Positions 26,901 to 41,418 of a stretch of 64,000 bases of DNA are shown one piece after another (within the stretch, counting starts at the first letter, position 1; every line of letters begins with the position of its first letter). The stretch is from an uncultured Nitrososphaerota archaeon (lineage in GTDB: Archaea; Thermoproteota; Nitrososphaeria; Nitrososphaerales; Gagatemarchaeaceae). The position numbers were made by a program, and so were the translations under genes. The notes beneath the pieces are model-generated. The model was not told where the DNA came from, searched no databases, and worked only from the letters and a program-made list of their open reading frames with translations. Where the stretch lies: positions 1,568,001 through 1,632,000 of the forward strand of contig OY969807.1 in assembly GCA_963703285.1 (NCBI GenBank), written 5' to 3'.

Positions 26901-28879
26901 TTATTAAACAGTCGGGACCCCCTCGTTATTGCAACCTGCGATCCCAGTTCAACACTAAGAACGCAGGCACCACTTTTCGCTAACTTACGTGGCTAATTTG
27001 CCGAGTTCCCTTACCTACAGTTCCCCGACACGCCTTAGGCTTCTCACCTAGGATCACTGGTGTCGGATCTAGGTACGAGCTTCAGTATCCCTATCCTCCT
27101 ATGTTTTCACTGTCTCCGGGAATGGGCCTAACGATCCCAACGGACCGCTATTCTCCCCTCGGAGGAGTTCTCGTCATTACGACACTCCCTCCCCCTTGGA
27201 TGATTAAACAGAGCGAATAACTCTGTAAGGCTCGTCTCGAAGCATCATAGGTGATGTTTTCTTGCGAATTTTCGGAATACCGAAGGCTGCGGAATATTAA
27301 CCGCATTCCCTCATTCGACCAATACTGTTGAGTTTGGTCTTAGGATCGGCTAACTCCTGGCTGATGACGCATTGCCAGGAAAACCGTGTCCTTTCGGCGG
27401 TCAGGATTCTCACCCGACTACGCTGCTACTACTACCGGGATCTGCACTGGAGGTCGGTCCACTGGATCTCACGACCCAGCTTCTACCCAACCACCACGCC
27501 CATCTACCACATACCACCCACAAGGTGGCAGTCCAGAGTATCGGTACTTGGCTTTAGCCCCGTCCATTTTCGGGGCCCTCAACCTCGGCAGGTGAGCTGT
27601 TACGCTTTCTTTGAAGGGTAGCTGCTTCTAAGCTTACCTCCCTGCTGTTTTAGGTCAAAGACTCCCTTTTGCTTGACACTTAGCCAAAATTTGGGGACCT
27701 TAACTCTAGTCTGGGTTAACCCCCTCTCGGTTATGAGGCTTACCCCACATAAACCCGCCTCCCCGCGTCTACTGCGTTGACACATTCGGAGTTCAAGAAG
27801 AAAGTGGACCCTTTCGGATCCTTGTTTTCTCGTTGGTGCTCTACAGCGTCAACTACATCGGCGGAGACAGGACTGGGATCCGCTTCGATGGGAACTAGCA
27901 ATCACCGAACTAGATAGGCTTTTGGCCCCTTGGCCAGAATCAGGGGACTAAATTGCACGTTAAGACCCTTGCAGTCCTCGACCAGGCTTTCGCCCGGCTT
28001 CAACTTGTTCTGGCCACGATCGATCGGTTTCTAGTCTAATCCGCCATGACTTAAAGGCCCTTTCAGACCTCCTGCCAGGCCCCTTGCGGGGTTACGCAGA
28101 ATCGCTTTCGCTTCGCCTCCGGGCTTTGAACCCTTAGGCTCGCCATGACAAATAACTCCCCGGCCCGTGTTTCTAGACGGAACTCAGGACACTGAGGCAC
28201 TTAACCCACGTTGAGGACCCTTGCAGGTTATCTCGGCGGGCCGAAGCCCACGTTGAACCCCTGTTCGGGTGGTCTCGCTGCGGAATCATACCTCTTTCAT
28301 GCCCTGAACGTCTGTAGCTGGATGGTTTCAGGCTCTTTGCACACCCCTTTCGGGGTACTTTTCAGCTTTCCCTCGCGGTACTAGTGCTCTATCGGTCTTG
28401 GTTTGTGTTTAGTCTTGGGGGCTGCTTTCCCCCGTCTTCCCTAGCCACTGCCAAAGCCCGTTACTCTGCCTTTCGCACGACCTCGTCGTCGAACAGCCTA
28501 CAGGACTATCACCTGATATTGTCTGCCTTTCCAGGCAAGTTCGGCCGCACGACTTCAGGGTCGCATATGCTAAGGCGAACCCCACATCTCCCGGCCCTTT
28601 CGGGCAAGGATTCGGTTTGGACTCTCCCGCGTTGGGTCGCCCCTACTGACGGGATCTCAGTTGATTTCTCTTCCTCCTGGTACTCAGATGTTTCCTTCCC
28701 CAGGGTTTGCGTTCCTTGCGGAACGGAAGGATGCCTTGCGGCAGTCCTCCCAGATTGGAATCCATTCGGGAATCTCCGGATCGAAGGATGCTTGCGCCTC
28801 CCCGGAGCTTATCGCAGCTTACCGCGCCCTTCTTCGCCATACCAAGCCAAGCCATTCACCATACAGCGTCGTTGTGTCG

Positions 28880-28926
28880 GATGATTAACATCCCCGGCGG
28901 ATGCTTGCGCGAACCCTATGCATGGC
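28880..28926 (-). other. 5' strand of the pre-23S processing stem (BHB)
   Basis: RNA GCCAUGCAUAGGGUUC-GCGC-AAG-CAUCCGCCGGGG, complementary to 23802-23835. Confidence 0.9.
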
Positions 28927-29075
28927 AACATCGCAGGGGCGCCCGCGTAGGCCCGTCCTTGCCCTGCTAGCCCTTCCTATCGCACTCATCGTGCGACAGT
29001 GCATCTTTACGTCTGACGTCTGGCTTCGCTCTTCACTCCATTGCAGTGCGTATCCAAGCTCCCGATCGTTGTACT

Positions 29076-30574
<1,499 letters not shown>

Positions 30575-30767
30575 CGATTTATCGGGAGTTGGATACGCAT
30601 TACTGCGGAGTTAAAGCAAAGCCAATGTCAGATCTAACTATTCGTTAGATCTCCACTTTTTGTGCGCGCATCTGGAGGCCGTGCATATCATAGACCTGGG
30701 CTCTGCCCTTAACTCAACGCAGGCGCCGCCAAGCTATGCGCAAATCTCCCGGAGGTTTCAGGTCGGG

Positions 30768-30782
30768 ATATAAACGTTCCCG
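30768..30782 (-). promoter_or_regulatory. Putative rRNA operon promoter (TATA box)
   Basis: GGAACGTTTATAT on the minus strand ~200 nt upstream of 16S. Confidence 0.55.
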
Positions 30783-30872
30783 GAATCGCGGCTCAAAACC
30801 GGGCCTTTGGCCGAAGCCGGAAGCCGGGGTTTTCATCGGCGAAAATCCGATGCCGACCCGTTTTCGGAGGGC

Positions 30873-31433
30873 CTAGCTTCTGTGCCACCAGAGGGCGAGC
30901 GCGGCGACGGCGACGCCGAGGACCAAGATTGCCGCTCCGGGAAGGAGATACCCGACGGAGAGAGGGAGGAAGGAGACCGCTACAATCGCGACGCCCAGGT
31001 AGGTCACCCTTTCCCAGTTGCTGATGGATAAGACGTCGGACTTCAGCTCCTTCCTGTATCTGCCGAGAAGTATCAACAGCGCGGAGGCGGCGACGATCGA
31101 GACGACGACGAAGTAGGTCAGGTCGGAGTGGTAGTTCCCGAGAGTGAGCAGGAGGCCGCTCTCGTCTCCCACGAGCCCCCCACCGAGGCCGAAGACGACG
31201 GCGTAGGCCCGCCTGAAGCGCGGGTCGTCACGCGCAATACCCAGCCACCCAGAGACGACAATCATCGCGAGCCCGTACCAGAAGTGATGGAAGTGGATGC
31301 CGCCCGTGACGACGACGGTGCTCGGGAAGAGTGTCGTGAACGCGCGGGCGGTGAGGAAGGCTACTACGAAGGACAAGAGGGCGAGGAAGGCGAGTCCGTG
31401 AGGAGTGCTGGTCCGGTCGCGGTCTCCGGGCAT
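30873..31433 (-). CDS. Multi-pass membrane protein
   Basis: GGIHFHHFWYG and GLVGDE motifs; about six TM segments. Confidence 0.8.
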   Translation of the reverse strand: MPGDRDRTSTPHGLAFLALLSFVVAFLTARAFTTLFPSTVVVTGGIHFHHFWYGLAMIVVSGWLGIARDDPRFRRAYAVVFGLGGGLVGDESGLLLTLGNYHSDLTYFVVVSIVAASALLILLGRYRKELKSDVLSISNWERVTYLGVAIVAVSFLPLSVGYLLPGAAILVLGVAVAALALWWHRS

Positions 31434-31496
31434 CAAACCGTGTGCATCTCGGGCGCTATTAGAGCGTTGAAGGTCCATCCAACGGGACGGAGGCGG

Positions 31497-32285
31497 CTAG
31501 GCTCGAGCGTCCGGAGCGTCCTTGGGCACGACCCACTCCTCAAAGTCGAAAATCCGGCGGAAGCCCATCCTGTGGTAGATGGGGAAGCCAAGGGGGCTGG
31601 CTTGGAGGGAGACGGTGTCAGACCCATTGGTGATGCCGTCGCGCACGGCCGCCCAGGTCACGGCCTCGCCGTAGCCGCGCCCGCTAGCCCTGGGCAGGGT
31701 GCTCACGCCGAGGATTACGGTCACGCCGTCGGAGGAGTAGGACACGGAGGTAGCAACGGCCCTCCCCGAGGCCCAGCCGAGGTGGCAGGTGAATCCGCCA
31801 GGCTCCAAGCTCCTCCTGTTCGCCATGAACCTGAAGAGGTTGCGCCGGCCCTCCCCGAACCCGAGCCAGCTGGTACGGGCCCAGGTCCGCAAACCGTCGA
31901 CGGTCTCCACCGTGCGGACCTCCAGGCCCTTCGGAGGAGGCGGTATGGATACCTCCGCTGGGTTCAGGACCATCTCGGGGACGGCCCGGCGCGCCGATAT
32001 CCTGACCCGCTTCGTCGTTGGGCCGAAGAGGCCTGCCAGGCTGGGAGGTACCACGAAACACCACTCGGTCCCGATCTCGCGGAAGAAGCCCTGGACACGC
32101 CGCAGCACATTGGATTCGACCCCTTCTCCGCCTCCTAGAAAGGCCAGATTGAAGCCAGATGACCTGGAGGGGTGGCGGACGCAGGTGACGCCGGGGAAAC
32201 CCTCCACCCTCTCGCCGCACGCCCTCGAGTAGATGGCGAACGCGTCCCTGAGGTTCGCGGCGATGGCTGAATCCGGAGCTGTCAT
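31497..32285 (-). CDS. GNAT-family N-acetyltransferase
   Basis: VSTLPRASGRGYG...LQASPLGFPIYHRMGF. Confidence 0.85.
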   Translation of the reverse strand: MTAPDSAIAANLRDAFAIYSRACGERVEGFPGVTCVRHPSRSSGFNLAFLGGGEGVESNVLRRVQGFFREIGTEWCFVVPPSLAGLFGPTTKRVRISARRAVPEMVLNPAEVSIPPPPKGLEVRTVETVDGLRTWARTSWLGFGEGRRNLFRFMANRRSLEPGGFTCHLGWASGRAVATSVSYSSDGVTVILGVSTLPRASGRGYGEAVTWAAVRDGITNGSDTVSLQASPLGFPIYHRMGFRRIFDFEEWVVPKDAPDARA

Positions 32286-32304
32286 GTCGCACGTTCCCCC
32301 GGTT

Positions 32305-32865
32305 TCAAAGCGCGTAGGCATCCCTGTTCAGCCAGGGGATGAGCGCCATGCTGACGCACTGCTCGGTCATCTGGATTCTGGACACCCTGCCCTTGGAGAC
32401 GTGGTAGACGATGCCCTCCTCCTCGCTTATCCTCTCGGCGCCCGTCAGCTCGTGAGAGTACCTGTCGAGTTCCAGTCCCTCCTTCTGCATCCTCTCGACG
32501 AACCTCTCGGGGATGAGGAAACCGCATGAGAAGCCCGTCCCGGAGCGGCCCTCGTTGTCCACTATGACCGCGGCCTGCACGTTGATGTGCTGGTGGGGAG
32601 CGATGGAGATTATCCCGGCCTCCGCGCCCACGCCGAATGAGGCCGCCGTGTGGGAGAGGGCGAATTCGGCTCTCTTCGAGGCTCCGGCGAGTATCTGTTC
32701 GATGCCGACGGGCTGGGACGCGACGACGGACGACGTGTCGACCTCGACGAACCTGCACCCCTGGAAGAAGAAAGGGAAGACGTTCCTCACGCCCCTGGTC
32801 TTCGCCGGGTTGAGGGAGCCTATGGCGACGAGCGGGTACTCGGGCGGAGGGGGGCTTCCTGGCAC
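32305..32865 (-). CDS. yjjX: Inosine/xanthosine triphosphatase (YjjX/DUF84)
   Basis: GSLNPAK, SQP, GAEAG, SR motifs in the C-terminal part of the 507-aa ORF; GTG start after a TATA box. Confidence 0.8.
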   Translation of the reverse strand: MPGSPPPPEYPLVAIGSLNPAKTRGVRNVFPFFFQGCRFVEVDTSSVVASQPVGIEQILAGASKRAEFALSHTAASFGVGAEAGIISIAPHQHINVQAAVIVDNEGRSGTGFSCGFLIPERFVERMQKEGLELDRYSHELTGAERISEEEGIVYHVSKGRVSRIQMTEQCVSMALIPWLNRDAYAL

Positions 32866-32906
32866 GGGCAGGGTTGCGGCCGGCGTTTTATAGCTCTGAG
32901 TGCTCC

Positions 32907-35820
<2,914 letters not shown>

Positions 35821-35897
35821 AAACAGTCGAAGTTCGACTCGTCAAGTGGCGTAATAAGAATATGGTATATAGAGTAGTGGACAATAAGCACCACGAT

Positions 35898-36929
35898 ATG
35901 AGCGAACTAAGGAAGCTTCAGAGCGTCGGATACTCAACGCTTTCCGTCTCGATCCCGGCCGACTACGTGGATGATCTCAAGCTTCGTAAGGGTGATAGCG
36001 TTCTGGTCAGAGAGGAGGCAGACGGGTCGCTCAGGCTCATCCCCACGGCGAGGAACCTCAAGTCGGTGAAGGCCTCGATCAAGTCGGAACAGGTCGAGAA
36101 CGACGAACTGCTCTCCAAGCTGATTATCAGCTGCTACATGCTAGGCTACGACTCGATAGAGCTCTCCTCAAAGGACCGAATCGGGGCGACGCGACTGGGC
36201 CGCGCCAGCAGGACCATGAGGGACCTGCGGGGGCTTGAGATAGTGGAATCCTCCGAGAACAAGCTGCTGGCCCAGAGCTTCATGGACCCGACGAAGTTTC
36301 CGGTCGACTCGCTCATCAAACGACTCCAGCTGCTGGTCTCAAGAAGCCTCAAGGACTCGATCGACGCACTGCGGGGCGGAAGTCCTGGAATCCTCAACGA
36401 GATGAGAAGAATCCAGCAGGAGATAGACGAGCTCTATTGGCTCATAGTTCGACAGCTCCTCGTTGCGCTCAGCAACAGGGACATTTCGAACAAGATAGGG
36501 CTGGAGAGTCCCCTCCACACCTCAGGAGACAGGGTCTCCGCGAAGACGATAGAGGAGATAGGAAGGATAATTCTCGAAGTGACCGAGGAGATTATCGCCT
36601 TCAAGGAGACGGGCACGAAGGTCGAGAAGAGCGTCCTCGACAGCATCGAGAGCCTCGCCCACAAGGCCCAGGACTCGTTCGACGTCACGATGGAGAGCCT
36701 CCTCACGCCCGACGCCAAGACCATCGAGAAGGCCATGAGGACAATCGACGAATCGCTTCAGCTCGAGAAGAAGGTCATGCTCGAGCTCTTCGAGTTCGGG
36801 AATCCTAGCATCAGGAGGATAATCTCGGGTTTTGGACAGCTCGCGCGCTATTGCAGCATAATCGTCGAGATAGCGCTCAACAGGCTCCTCAGGAAGACGA
36901 GCCGAATCTGTGTGATAACGAGTCAGTGA
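35898..36929 (+). CDS. phoU: AbrB-PhoU phosphate uptake regulator
   Basis: N-terminal RKLQSVGYSTLSVSIP plus PhoU repeats. Confidence 0.88.
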   Translation: MSELRKLQSVGYSTLSVSIPADYVDDLKLRKGDSVLVREEADGSLRLIPTARNLKSVKASIKSEQVENDELLSKLIISCYMLGYDSIELSSKDRIGATRLGRASRTMRDLRGLEIVESSENKLLAQSFMDPTKFPVDSLIKRLQLLVSRSLKDSIDALRGGSPGILNEMRRIQQEIDELYWLIVRQLLVALSNRDISNKIGLESPLHTSGDRVSAKTIEEIGRIILEVTEEIIAFKETGTKVEKSVLDSIESLAHKAQDSFDVTMESLLTPDAKTIEKAMRTIDESLQLEKKVMLELFEFGNPSIRRIISGFGQLARYCSIIVEIALNRLLRKTSRICVITSQ

Positions 36930-36999
36930 TGGCGCCTGCTGGTGATTGGGCGGATTCAGAAACCCTTTTGAAAGCTGCGCGAATGGTCGGGACAAGAGC

Positions 37000-37121
37000 G
37001 CCGGGGTAACGAAGCCTGGCCAACCGTGCGGGACCGCGGTCACCCGACTCAAGATCTGGCCACGCCGCCGTGGGACATCCCGTCCCTTAGGGGTTCGTGG
37101 GTTCAAATCCCACCCCCGGCA
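37000..37121 (+). tRNA. tRNA-Leu(CAA) with two introns
   Basis: GCCGGGG/CCCCGGC acceptor stem, CTCAAGA anticodon loop, long variable arm, inserts on both sides of the anticodon. Confidence 0.85.
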
Positions 37122-37204
37122 CTCAACGTACGCCCATCGTAAGCGAAGGCACACCCTGGGAGCGTACAATCATTATAAGAGATGCAAGCATCGCTTGCGC
37201 GGCC

Positions 37205-38107
37205 TTGCCGAGAAGTCGTAGGAGAACGAAGACCAGCGCCTTCGGCTCCCCTGGAAGGATAAGCCACGAGTCGGCGGCCTTCTACGGCGGCAGGCTATAC
37301 GAAGGCGTGCAGAAGGAAGAATCCGTGAAGTACACGGAGAGACAAATCCCGAAGAAGTTCCTAGACAGAATCATCTGCAGGTCGAGCGAGAAGATGGAGG
37401 AGCTCCCAGACAGCAGCGTCCACTTGATGGTCACCTCGCCGCCCTACAACGTCGGGAAGGAATACGACAGGAACCTCACGATGCCCGAATATCTCGAGTT
37501 CCTCCAGAGAGTGTGGGCGGAGACGTTGAGGGTCCTGGTCCCCGGAGGGAGGTGCTGCATCAACATCGCCAACCTCGGACGCAGGCCGTACATCCCGCTC
37601 CATTCGTTCATAATCAGGGATATGACGAAGCTCGGGTTCCTCATGCGGGGCGAGGTGATATGGGCCAAGGACTCGAGCAGCAGCCCGTCGACCGCCTGGG
37701 GTAGCTGGTTGTCAGCCACCAATCCCACGTTGAGGGACACCCACGAGTACGTCCTGGTCTTCTCGAAATCGACGTTCGCGAGGGATGCGAGGGGAAAGAG
37801 GAGCACGATCACGCGCGACGAGTTCCTGGAGTTCACCAAGAGCGTCTGGAGGTTCGACGCCGAGCGCGCTAAAGGAGTCGGGCATCCTGCTCCCTTCCCG
37901 GTTGAGTTGCCGTACCGCTGCATCCAATTGTATACGTTCGAGGGCGATGTCGTCCTCGACCCGTTCATCGGGTCGGGCCAGACCGCAATCGCCGCCATCA
38001 AGTCCCGGCGGCACTTCGTAGGGTACGAGCTGGACCAAGACTACACCCGTCTCAGCGAGCAGAGGATCGCCCAGTTCACGGGGCGCGCGCTGGTCGGCGG
38101 AGACTAG
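37205..38107 (+). CDS. Orphan N4-C/N6-A DNA methyltransferase (beta class)
   Basis: TSPPY before DPFIGSGQT; HPAPFP; start uncertain. Confidence 0.9.
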   Translation: MPRSRRRTKTSAFGSPGRISHESAAFYGGRLYEGVQKEESVKYTERQIPKKFLDRIICRSSEKMEELPDSSVHLMVTSPPYNVGKEYDRNLTMPEYLEFLQRVWAETLRVLVPGGRCCINIANLGRRPYIPLHSFIIRDMTKLGFLMRGEVIWAKDSSSSPSTAWGSWLSATNPTLRDTHEYVLVFSKSTFARDARGKRSTITRDEFLEFTKSVWRFDAERAKGVGHPAPFPVELPYRCIQLYTFEGDVVLDPFIGSGQTAIAAIKSRRHFVGYELDQDYTRLSEQRIAQFTGRALVGGD

Positions 38108-38418
38108 TACTCTGACGCCACGAGCGGCTTGGCGATGACTTCGCTCAGAAACTTCTCGAGGTCTAGGACCGTCCCGAAATCCTTGGCAAGGAGCCGCTTG
38201 TCCGGGAGGTTCTCCTTGCCAGCGCGCTTCATGCTGCAGAGGATGGACGTGAAACCCTGCGCTGACCTTGTGACGAAGACGAAGCATTTCTTCCCCTTGT
38301 ACTTCCCGATGATTCGTACACCCGCGTCGAGGTCTATGATGTCCAGCTCGCGGATGAGCCCCGGGAACGAGCCAATCTTCTTCTCGTAGAGCAACGAGCC
38401 TACCACCGATTGACTCAC
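38104..38418 (-). CDS. Hypothetical protein
   Basis: 104-aa ORF divergent from cysS, host-like codons. Confidence 0.6.
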   Translation of the reverse strand: MSQSVVGSLLYEKKIGSFPGLIRELDIIDLDAGVRIIGKYKGKKCFVFVTRSAQGFTSILCSMKRAGKENLPDKRLLAKDFGTVLDLEKFLSEVIAKPLVASEY

Positions 38419-38459
38419 ATTTATACTTCAAAAAGCTAAGATAGAGTAAGGAAACTCCC

Positions 38460-39692
38460 GTGGCGAGCAGCTTCAAGATGCAACCCGACCTCAAGTTATA
38501 CAACACGATGACCATGCAGAAGGAATCCTTCCAGCCCAGGGTGCCGGGGAAGGTCTCGATGTTCGTGTGCGGGCCGACGGTACAGGCGGATATCCACGTC
38601 GGGCACGCCAGGACCTACACGTTCTACGACGTCGTCGCCAGATATCTTTCGCATCTGGGATTCGAGGTCAACTTCCTGATGAACGTCACCGACATCGACG
38701 ACAGGATTACCAGCGCGGCCAAACAGGAAGGCATGGACCCGGTGAGGTTGGCAGAGAAGTACACCAAAGCATTCCTCGAAGACACGGACAGCCTCAAAAT
38801 CTACACCGTCACAAAGTATGAGAGGGTCTCGAACTACGTGCAGGAGACCCTCAACCAGATATCCGCCCTGATAAGAGATGGCAACGCGTACGTCGTCGAC
38901 GGGACCGTGTTCTTCAACGCGAAGGCCTTCCCGGACTATGGAAGGCTCTCGCACGTGACCACCAACGAGCTCTCGCTGAGGCCGCTGGAACTCTCGGTCA
39001 AGAAGAAGAACCTGCTCGACTTCGCCCTGTGGCGTCCCGTTGTCCTGGTAGAAGGCAGGTGGGACAGCCCCTGGGGGAGGGGGTCGCCCGGTTGGCACAT
39101 ACAGGACACCGCGGTGACACTCACGAACTTCGGGCCCCAGTACGACATCCACGGAGGGGCGCGCGATCTGATCTATCCGCACCATGAGGCGGAGATAGCA
39201 CAGGGAGAGTCCCTCACGAAGATCAAGCCTATGGTCAAGTACTGGGTGCACACCGGGCTCGTGAACTTCGAGGGAAGCAAGATGTCGAAGTCGGTTGGCA
39301 ACGTCCTGACCGTCCGTGACATCCTCAAGGAGTATGGGCCCGACACGCTTAGGATGTACCTGCTCTCTCACCACTACAGGGAAGACATGGAATTCGAGGA
39401 GAAGGAGCTGAAGAAGGCTCACGCAATCTACCTGTCGATGAGGGACAAGTCGAGGATTATGGAGGAGAGGAGGGCGACCAAAGCCCGCAGGCGCGATTCA
39501 GGGAAGGTCCTGGGCCAGTTCTACGCCCTGCTCAACGACGACTTCGACACTCCCCAGGCGATGGCGTTCATGAAGAAGCTTGTCGAGGACGGAGCCTCAG
39601 AGAAGGACCAGAACCAGGTCGAGCTGTACTACGAGGCCCTGAGGATCACCTCGAACATCCTCGGCGTGAACTTCTTTGGCAGGCTCCAGTGA
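38460..39692 (+). CDS. cysS: Cysteine--tRNA ligase
   Basis: CGPTV, HVGH, PGWHI, HHEAE, KMSKS. Confidence 0.95.
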   Translation: MASSFKMQPDLKLYNTMTMQKESFQPRVPGKVSMFVCGPTVQADIHVGHARTYTFYDVVARYLSHLGFEVNFLMNVTDIDDRITSAAKQEGMDPVRLAEKYTKAFLEDTDSLKIYTVTKYERVSNYVQETLNQISALIRDGNAYVVDGTVFFNAKAFPDYGRLSHVTTNELSLRPLELSVKKKNLLDFALWRPVVLVEGRWDSPWGRGSPGWHIQDTAVTLTNFGPQYDIHGGARDLIYPHHEAEIAQGESLTKIKPMVKYWVHTGLVNFEGSKMSKSVGNVLTVRDILKEYGPDTLRMYLLSHHYREDMEFEEKELKKAHAIYLSMRDKSRIMEERRATKARRRDSGKVLGQFYALLNDDFDTPQAMAFMKKLVEDGASEKDQNQVELYYEALRITSNILGVNFFGRLQ

Positions 39693-40449
39693 GAAATCGT
39701 ACGAAACAAACGAGGTGTCGTGGTGGTCCAACTGGGCCGAGGTAAGGTGGTTGGACGAGAACGCCTACCTGCTCTTCTCGCAGAAGTTTGGGGAGTATTT
39801 CTTCAACCGAGGAGGTTTCCTGCAGACAACCCCCGGGTCTAGGTCGTCAATAGAGCCGATGGAGAGGGAGTTCGCGGCCCGGAAGCGCAGGCCACACCTC
39901 TTCCTTCGGAGCGACCGCCTGGACTCGAAGCTGCTGCAGACGCTGGAAGACAGAAGCTACCGGATAGCCGACCAGATGGCCGTCATGGAGATGGGTGAGC
40001 CGTCATTCAGGGTCAACCCCAATCTGAAGGTGGCGCAGGTAACGGAGAGCGAGCTGGAAGCTTGGTCGGAAGTCTACCTGGACTCCTTCTATGGGAACCT
40101 GGGCCACATCCGGACGGTCGTTCCCATAGTCAGAGGCCTCGCGAAGGTGAAGGAGGCGAGCCTTCTCCTCGGAAAGATCGGGGGAAAGCCGGCGGGCGTT
40201 CTGGCGCTCTACAGGACGGGGAAGGTCTGTGGGGTATATTGTGTCGGGACCCATCGTGACTGGAGGAGGAGGAACGTAGCCAGCACCATGCTCGAGTCCT
40301 GCTACAGGCTGGCGGAGGGGGAGGGGAGGAGGGTAGTCTTGCAGACGAAACTCTCCGACTCCGTGGAAGGACTCTACCTGAAGCTCGGGTTCAAGAGGGC
40401 CTACCTCAAGGAACTATTCGTCAAAGACGTTGAGAGGGTGTCGAAGTGA
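39676..40449 (+). CDS. GNAT-family acetyltransferase
   Basis: VGTHRDWRRRNVA...LYLKLGF. Confidence 0.85.
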   Translation: MAGSSEKSYETNEVSWWSNWAEVRWLDENAYLLFSQKFGEYFFNRGGFLQTTPGSRSSIEPMEREFAARKRRPHLFLRSDRLDSKLLQTLEDRSYRIADQMAVMEMGEPSFRVNPNLKVAQVTESELEAWSEVYLDSFYGNLGHIRTVVPIVRGLAKVKEASLLLGKIGGKPAGVLALYRTGKVCGVYCVGTHRDWRRRNVASTMLESCYRLAEGEGRRVVLQTKLSDSVEGLYLKLGFKRAYLKELFVKDVERVSK

Positions 40450-40973
40450 CCAGAAAGCAAGGTGAGGGAAAGAGGTCTTCTGGCCACAGCATCAACAGGA
40501 TGGCGAAGACGGGCTCGTTATCCTTCGTGGAGGTCTTCCTGGGCTTCGAGACCGTCGAGGCGGTCAGGTCGATATTCAGTGACCGCACCGAGGAGATTCT
40601 GGCGGACCTCAGGGTCGACGTTCTCCCGCGGTCGGGATATCTCAGGGTCGATGATGAGACCGGCAACATCGTCGTCAGCTCCGAGTACCTCAAGACCGGT
40701 GATGAGAGATACCTGTACCTCGACGTCATTCACGAGCTCGTCCACATCAAGCAGTTCATGCAGGGCAAGGAGCTCTTCGACAGGAGATACAGCTATGTCG
40801 ACAGACCGACGGAGATAGAGGCGTATGGCGCGGCCGTAAGGGAGGCCAAGAGGATTGGGATGAAGAGGGAGGAGATCCTGGATTACCTGAAGGTGGAGTG
40901 GATCACAGATGAGGAATTCGAGAGGTTGCTGCTGTCGGTGGGGATGCAGACGGAGCCGAGACCGAATCCGTAG
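40446..40973 (+). CDS. Hypothetical zincin-like protein
   Basis: IHELVH motif plus downstream E.EAY. Confidence 0.7.
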   Translation: MTRKQGEGKRSSGHSINRMAKTGSLSFVEVFLGFETVEAVRSIFSDRTEEILADLRVDVLPRSGYLRVDDETGNIVVSSEYLKTGDERYLYLDVIHELVHIKQFMQGKELFDRRYSYVDRPTEIEAYGAAVREAKRIGMKREEILDYLKVEWITDEEFERLLLSVGMQTEPRPNP

Positions 40974-41024
40974 CGGGTACGGCAGTCAACCTTATACCGA
41001 TGCCGTCGGGGAACCGCAGTTCTC

Positions 41025-41345
41025 ATGAGCAGGGTGAAGGTTATCGACGTGGTCTATGCCAACTGGTGTCCTCATTGCGTTCCGACCACCGTGGAACCGA
41101 TGAAGGCGGCCGGGCAGCATCTTGGCGTGCCCGTTAGGCTGCTGGACATAGACACGGCTGACGTCGCGAAGGCCGATGAGCTGGTCAAGAAGTACGGGGA
41201 TTGGTCGCCGGATTACATCATCCCGCAGGTCTTCTTGGAGCTGGATGATGGAGCGGTCAAGCACGTCTTGACGGGTCATCCAGGAGGGATAGCTCTCACC
41301 AGGAAGGATGCGGAGAACCTCCTGAAGAGCCTCTCGGGCAGCTAG
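41025..41345 (+). CDS. Thioredoxin-like protein
   Basis: WCPHC motif. Confidence 0.85.
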   Translation: MSRVKVIDVVYANWCPHCVPTTVEPMKAAGQHLGVPVRLLDIDTADVAKADELVKKYGDWSPDYIIPQVFLELDDGAVKHVLTGHPGGIALTRKDAENLLKSLSGS

Positions 41346-41418
41346 CCGAAGTCTCCGGGATGTCTCGGGGTCATCTTAATTATCCAAGCCGGGGAAAACT
41401 TGGACAAAGGAATCGGGG

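Noticed and set aside
37205-38107. DNA methyltransferase beside tRNA-Leu(CAA) as a sign of an island or RM system
   Set aside because: No restriction endonuclease, integrase or att duplication nearby; flanked by housekeeping genes.
39090-39110. CysRS WHIQD instead of WHIEC (zinc-ligand change)
   Set aside because: I recall Cys-to-Asp variants in other archaeal CysRS proteins, so it is not treated as novel.
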